From IMG/VR virus record IMGVR_UViG_3300021082_000068, positions 1 to 37,245 of that record: a stretch of 37,245 bases of DNA; one strand, written 5' to 3'. This DNA is from a virus. Lineage: Duplodnaviria; Caudoviricetes. Made by a program: the position numbers and the translations under genes. Shown piece after piece: positions 33,250 through 37,245 of the stretch. Positions within the stretch are counted from its first letter, which is position 1. Every line of letters starts with the position of its first letter. The notes beneath the pieces were generated by a model that was not told the DNA's origin, did no database searches, and saw only the letters and a list, made by a program, of their open reading frames with translations.

Positions 33250-36139
33250 GGGTCCTCCCGGAGTTTGAGCGAATAAGGGCGACGCCGGACTCGCCGACTC
33301 TACTCGTGCGGCCGGAGAGCGCGTCTACGGTCGAGGCGTCGGAGAGCGCGACTACGGTCGTACGGCCGGAGAGCGGGGCCGCGGCGAGCAGGGACAGGAC
33401 GAGCTCGAGCGCCTCGTCCAGCTCGAGGGCCGGCGCGATCGCGACCGCTCGAGCGTAGGAGAGAGCGCCTGCGGCGGTATTCTCCGTCGCGGGGACGAGG
33501 TAGACGCCCGGCCCGACGATGGAGTAGACGAGGGCGCGAGCCGTATCCGTCGAGATCGCGACGGAGAGCGTTACCCTCTTGTCGACGTCCTGGGGCCGCG
33601 CCTGGTCGGTCTCTCCGGCGGGCGCGACTACGACACGCTTTGCCGTTGCAAGCGTTACGGCCGCATCGCTCTCGGAGGCAGGAGAGAGCGTCATCCGCTT
33701 TGCGAGGGAGAGAAGCCGACCAGTCGAGGTCTCGAGCGCGGCCCCAAGGGTTCGGAAGATGACCTTCACGTAGGAGAGGGCGCCGGCGGAGTCGCTCTCC
33801 GTCGCGACCCCGAGCGTCTTTCTCTTGTCGGCGTCGAGAGGCCTGGCAGAGTCCGTCTCGGAGGCGACCCCGAGCGTATGGCTGGCCGCGGCGATCGAGA
33901 GCTCGACGGCCGCGTCGCTCTCGAGGGCGACCCCGAGCGTCCTCGTCTTGTCCGCGTCGAGGGGCCTGGCCGTATCGGTCTCGCCTGCCGGCCCGAGCGT
34001 CCTCGCCTTGTCCCTGTCGAGCGCCTGCGCGGAGTCCGTCTCCGCCGCGACCCCGAGCGTCCGCGTCTTGTCCCGGTCGAGGGGCCTGGCGGAGTCGGCC
34101 TCGAGCGCGATCCCGAGCGTCCGCGGCTTGTCGACGTCGAGCGGCCGGGCCGCGTCGCTCTCCGCCGCGACGCCGAGCGTCCTGCTCTTGTCGCGGTCGA
34201 GCGGGCGAGCAGAGTCGCTCTCGGAGGCGACGCCCAGACTCCGCGTCTTGTCGACATTGAGAGCGCCGGCGGAGTCGAGCTCGGAGGCGGCGCCGAGGCT
34301 CCGGGCCTTGTCCGCGTCCAGGGGCCGAGCCTGGTCGGTCTCGGCGGCGGCCGTCAGAGAGCGGTAGATCACGTGCGTGACGGAGAGCGGCCGCGCGGAG
34401 TCCGTCTCGGAGGCGACGCCGAGAGTCCTCGGCTTGTCGACGTCGAGCGGACGAGCGGAGTCGGCCTCGGCCGCGACGCCGAGCGTCTTGAGCTTGTCTC
34501 TGTCGAGCGCCTGCGCGGAGTCGGCCTCGAGCGCGATCCCGAGCGTCTTGCTCGCCGAGGCGATCGAGAGCGGCCGCGCGGAGTCGGCCTCCGTCGCCAG
34601 CGCGAGCGTCCTGGTCTTGTCCACGTCCAGGGAGAAGGCGGCCGGGCCGGCGAGGTAGTGCGCGACCACGCGCTCCTCCGACAGAGCCGAGCCGTAGATG
34701 GCGAGCTCGTCCAGGGCCGAGGCGTACGACGAGTCCGGATAGGGACCGATCGCTAGCGAGCTCGCGGCGTCGACGACCGTGCCGACGATGTCGGCGAACG
34801 TGAAGTCGCCGCCGTCGACGTAGAGATGAATGTCCGACCCGTTCTTCGTGACGGCGACGTGATGCCAGAGAGCGTCAGGGTCGACGGAGATCGTCGTCAC
34901 CGCCATCGGCGCGGAGCCGACGGCCTCGAACACCAGAACCCCGTCTGCCAGGTAGAAATGGAAGCCGCCGGTGTGGCTCTTCACGCAGATGTCGAAACGG
35001 CCCGTGTCGCTCGAGACCTTGACCCACGCCTCAATGGTCAGGGAGTCGGCGAGGTCGAGCGTCGCGTCGTGCGGGACGACGAAGCCGACGTCGGCCGCGA
35101 AGAGGATCGCTCTGTCGGCAGGCTCGGAGATCGGCCCCGTCTGCGCGTAGGCGGGCGAGCCATCGGACGACGTCGCGTGGTTGCCGTTGCCCGACGAGTC
35201 CTGAATGAGCCCGGAGGCCTCCCGCATGCGATACCACGCCCGAGGGCTGTCTCGGAGAATCTGCGAGGCGTATCCGCCGGCGCTGTCCGTCTCCGTCGCC
35301 GGCGTCAGGTTCTTCACGATCGGCTTCGCGTAGGAGAGCGGGCGGGCGGAGCTAGCCTCCGCCGCGACCCCCAGCGCCTTGCTCTTGTCCCTGTCGAGCG
35401 CCTGCGCGGAGTCCGTCTCCGCCGCCGGCGTCAGGTCCTTGGAGATAGCTCCGGAGACCGCGGCAGGGGCGAGGCTCGGAGGGGCGAAGTCCCAGGGGGC
35501 CGCGACCGGAGGCGACGTCGCCGCGACCGCCGGCGAGCCCGTCAGCGTTAGGTCGTTGCCGTTGCGCGTGTAGTCGATCTCGGGCGAGGCCCGGCCGTCG
35601 AGAGGGGCGAAGAAGACGAGGTTCTGCGGACGGATCGACAGAGGGCTCGTGCCGCGCGCGAGCGCCGCGATCTCCTGGTCTGTCAGGGCGACGTTCCAGA
35701 TCGCGACGTGCGCGATGTCGGACGCGACGAGGTCGGAGGCGGTAGCCCCGACGCGAGCTCCTACGCAGACGCTGTCGACCCCGGCCGGAGAGCGGTTGGT
35801 CGTATTCGTGCCCTTGCCTCCGCCGTTGAGGTAGACCTGTCGGGAGGTCGCCGAGGTGAACCGCGCGCAGGCGTGGTGCCAGACGCCCGCCGTGTACGTG
35901 GTCGTGGTCGTGGCGCTCGCAGCCGAGGTGGCAAAGGCCGCGGCCGAGAGCGTCCCGTCCGAGTTCTTGCGGAGTCGAAAGTAGTTGTTGTCGCCCGCCG
36001 TATCGGAGACCCCGGCCAGGAAGCCGTTCGTCGTCGCGTCGACCGGCTTGAACCAGAGCGAGATCGTGAACGGCGGCGCCGTTACCGGAGTGGCCCCGGC
36101 GGAGGCCCTGTCGTCGGAGCCGTCGAAGACGCGCGGCAT
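33236..36139 (-). CDS. Large virion protein with two LamG/ConA-like domains and 20-aa repeats
   Basis: FTISLWFK...WHHAC...VAIWNVALT and LTIEAWVK...WHHVAVT...LDELAIYGSALS; repeats of type KTRTLGVAAETDSARPLDxD. Confidence 0.85.
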   Translation of the reverse strand: MPRVFDGSDDRASAGATPVTAPPFTISLWFKPVDATTNGFLAGVSDTAGDNNYFRLRKNSDGTLSAAAFATSAASATTTTTYTAGVWHHACARFTSATSRQVYLNGGGKGTNTTNRSPAGVDSVCVGARVGATASDLVASDIAHVAIWNVALTDQEIAALARGTSPLSIRPQNLVFFAPLDGRASPEIDYTRNGNDLTLTGSPAVAATSPPVAAPWDFAPPSLAPAAVSGAISKDLTPAAETDSAQALDRDKSKALGVAAEASSARPLSYAKPIVKNLTPATETDSAGGYASQILRDSPRAWYRMREASGLIQDSSGNGNHATSSDGSPAYAQTGPISEPADRAILFAADVGFVVPHDATLDLADSLTIEAWVKVSSDTGRFDICVKSHTGGFHFYLADGVLVFEAVGSAPMAVTTISVDPDALWHHVAVTKNGSDIHLYVDGGDFTFADIVGTVVDAASSLAIGPYPDSSYASALDELAIYGSALSEERVVAHYLAGPAAFSLDVDKTRTLALATEADSARPLSIASASKTLGIALEADSAQALDRDKLKTLGVAAEADSARPLDVDKPRTLGVASETDSARPLSVTHVIYRSLTAAAETDQARPLDADKARSLGAASELDSAGALNVDKTRSLGVASESDSARPLDRDKSRTLGVAAESDAARPLDVDKPRTLGIALEADSARPLDRDKTRTLGVAAETDSAQALDRDKARTLGPAGETDTARPLDADKTRTLGVALESDAAVELSIAAASHTLGVASETDSARPLDADKRKTLGVATESDSAGALSYVKVIFRTLGAALETSTGRLLSLAKRMTLSPASESDAAVTLATAKRVVVAPAGETDQARPQDVDKRVTLSVAISTDTARALVYSIVGPGVYLVPATENTAAGALSYARAVAIAPALELDEALELVLSLLAAAPLSGRTTVVALSDASTVDALSGRTSRVGESGVALIRSNSGRTRVRS
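33780..34630 (-). repeat. Coding tandem repeat with about 60-nt period (roughly 14 degenerate copies)
   Basis: Consecutive 60-nt lines align; further copies near 35280-35450 and degenerate ones toward 33400. Confidence 0.9.
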
Positions 36140-36143
36140 CTAG

Positions 36144-36662
36144 CTAGACGTCCGCGTACTGGAAGTACGCGCCGACCAGCAGCGCGGCGCCGGCCATTGT
36201 GTCGGCCGCGTCTGCTCCGTCTCGAGCGAGGAAGAACTCCACCTCCTCGTCGACTGCGAAGTTCGCGGCGAGGGAGATCGTCGCCTCGAGGCGTCGGTTG
36301 GCCGCTCCCGGCGCGGCGTCCGTGACGGTCACGGACTCCTCCGTCCCGGCCTGGTCGAGCGACGTCGTATCGTTGCCGCCGACCGTCCGATACTCAAAGT
36401 CCCAGACGACGTTCCCGGAGGTCAGGGTCGCCGTCCAGACAATGACGACGACCGGCGTCCCGACGTAGTTCTTGGGAACAGCGAAGCCTCCGTGGAGACC
36501 GTGGCGGACGGTCGGCGCCGCGGCGTTGGAGGAGCCGAAGCGCCAGACCATTCTCTGCCAGACGTCGTTGGTCGCGAGCACCTGATACGACTCCGGGAAG
36601 CACTCGCCGGTCGAGTCCGGCATGGTCATGGCCCCGTGGATCGGAATCCGGAGCGTGGCCAT
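36144..36662 (-). CDS. Putative virion structural protein (beta-sandwich)
   Basis: FAVPKNY...GNVVW...FFLARDG..AADT; TAATG overlap with the upstream gene. Confidence 0.7.
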   Translation of the reverse strand: MATLRIPIHGAMTMPDSTGECFPESYQVLATNDVWQRMVWRFGSSNAAAPTVRHGLHGGFAVPKNYVGTPVVVIVWTATLTSGNVVWDFEYRTVGGNDTTSLDQAGTEESVTVTDAAPGAANRRLEATISLAANFAVDEEVEFFLARDGADAADTMAGAALLVGAYFQYADV

Positions 36663-37245
36663 TACGGCCCCACGTGGTAGGCCTGCGGAGCCGTCTCGAG
36701 CGAGCCGTCGAGCGTCTGTACGACGTAGACGCGATCGCCCGAGAAGTCGAGCGGGTAGGTCGTATAGGCCTCGCCGTCATTGGCCGTGTCGAACGTAGCG
36801 AGGACGGCGCCGGCGGAGTCCTCGATCCGCACGCGCACCTGGAGCTCGCCCTCGAATCCGGTCCAGCGGACGGCGACCGCGCGCTTGTCGTAGATCAGGG
36901 AGATGACCGGAGGCGGAGGAGGCGGAGGAGGCGGCGGCGGAGGCGGTGGAGGCGGAGGAGGTGGTGGCGGAGGAGGTGGTGGCGGAGGCGGAGGCGGAGG
37001 AGGCGGACTACCGCTCCCGCAGTCGTTCCCCGTCGAGTTGATCCACTGCACCTTGGCCGGGTTGCACGCGGCCACCTTGATCGCGGAGTTCTTGACCGTG
37101 ATCGAGGGGAACCCCGCCGAGGGATTACAGGCGAGGGTGGACGACTGCACCATTGAGTCGACGCCGTCGAGGACGATGTCGTCGCCCTCGTCCGAGCTCG
37201 AGCAGATGTAGAACATGTAGAAGCCGTCGTCGGCCTTGCCGAAGG
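36662..37245 (-). CDS. 5'-truncated protein with a 33-proline linker and a small C-terminal domain
   Basis: The frame is open to the window edge (FGKADDGFYMFYIC...), so the true start probably lies outside the window. Confidence 0.8.
   Translation of the reverse strand, partial: FGKADDGFYMFYICSSSDEGDDIVLDGVDSMVQSSTLACNPSAGFPSITVKNSAIKVAACNPAKVQWINSTGNDCGSGSPPPPPPPPPPPPPPPPPPPPPPPPPPPPPPPPPVISLIYDKRAVAVRWTGFEGELQVRVRIEDSAGAVLATFDTANDGEAYTTYPLDFSGDRVYVVQTLDGSLETAPQAYHVGP
36908..37006 (-). repeat. (CCN)33 poly-proline tract
   Basis: 99 nt of mixed CCG/CCT/CCA codons. Confidence 0.95.

Noticed and set aside
33780-34630. Regular 60-nt periodicity as a possible CRISPR array
   Set aside because: The units are degenerate in a codon-wise way, have no unique spacers, lie in frame within a protein, and no cas genes are present.
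36903-37211. Poly-glycine ORF on the plus strand
   Set aside because: It is the antisense of the poly-proline tract; the minus frame fits the operon direction and is coupled to the next gene.

Overview
A 37 kb segment of a high-GC (about 70% by eye) tailed dsDNA phage or prophage with siphovirus-type tail genes, probably infecting an actinobacterium. Almost every gene is on the minus strand and translationally coupled through ATGA/GTGA/TTGA overlaps. Read from the right end, it has five parts. (1) Virion genes: a poly-proline protein, a 967-aa LamG/20-aa-repeat protein, a BppU-like domain fused to a head-tail adaptor, an embedded glycosyltransferase, tail terminator, tail tube, tail assembly chaperone with a -1 frameshift, tape measure and minor tail proteins. 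(2) A lysis region with NlpC/P60 and lysozyme-like hydrolases and several membrane proteins. (3) A single plus-strand Rpf-like transglycosylase gene with a structured leader, next to a strong leftward sigma70-type promoter. (4) An early/middle region: Sak/Rad52-like annealing protein, SWIM finger, a roughly 550-nt highly structured region followed by an HNH nuclease and a stand-alone replication-initiator-like domain, a double RHH protein and an LmbU-like regulator. (5) A modification cluster: PLP enzyme, PD-(D/E)xK nuclease, three DNA methyltransferase-fold genes, a SigH-like sigma factor, a glycosyltransferase, two small-molecule methyltransferases and a polysaccharide deacetylase. No terminase, portal, capsid, intact integrase, tRNA or CRISPR array was recognised. 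All family assignments come from motif recognition by eye; no database search was run.
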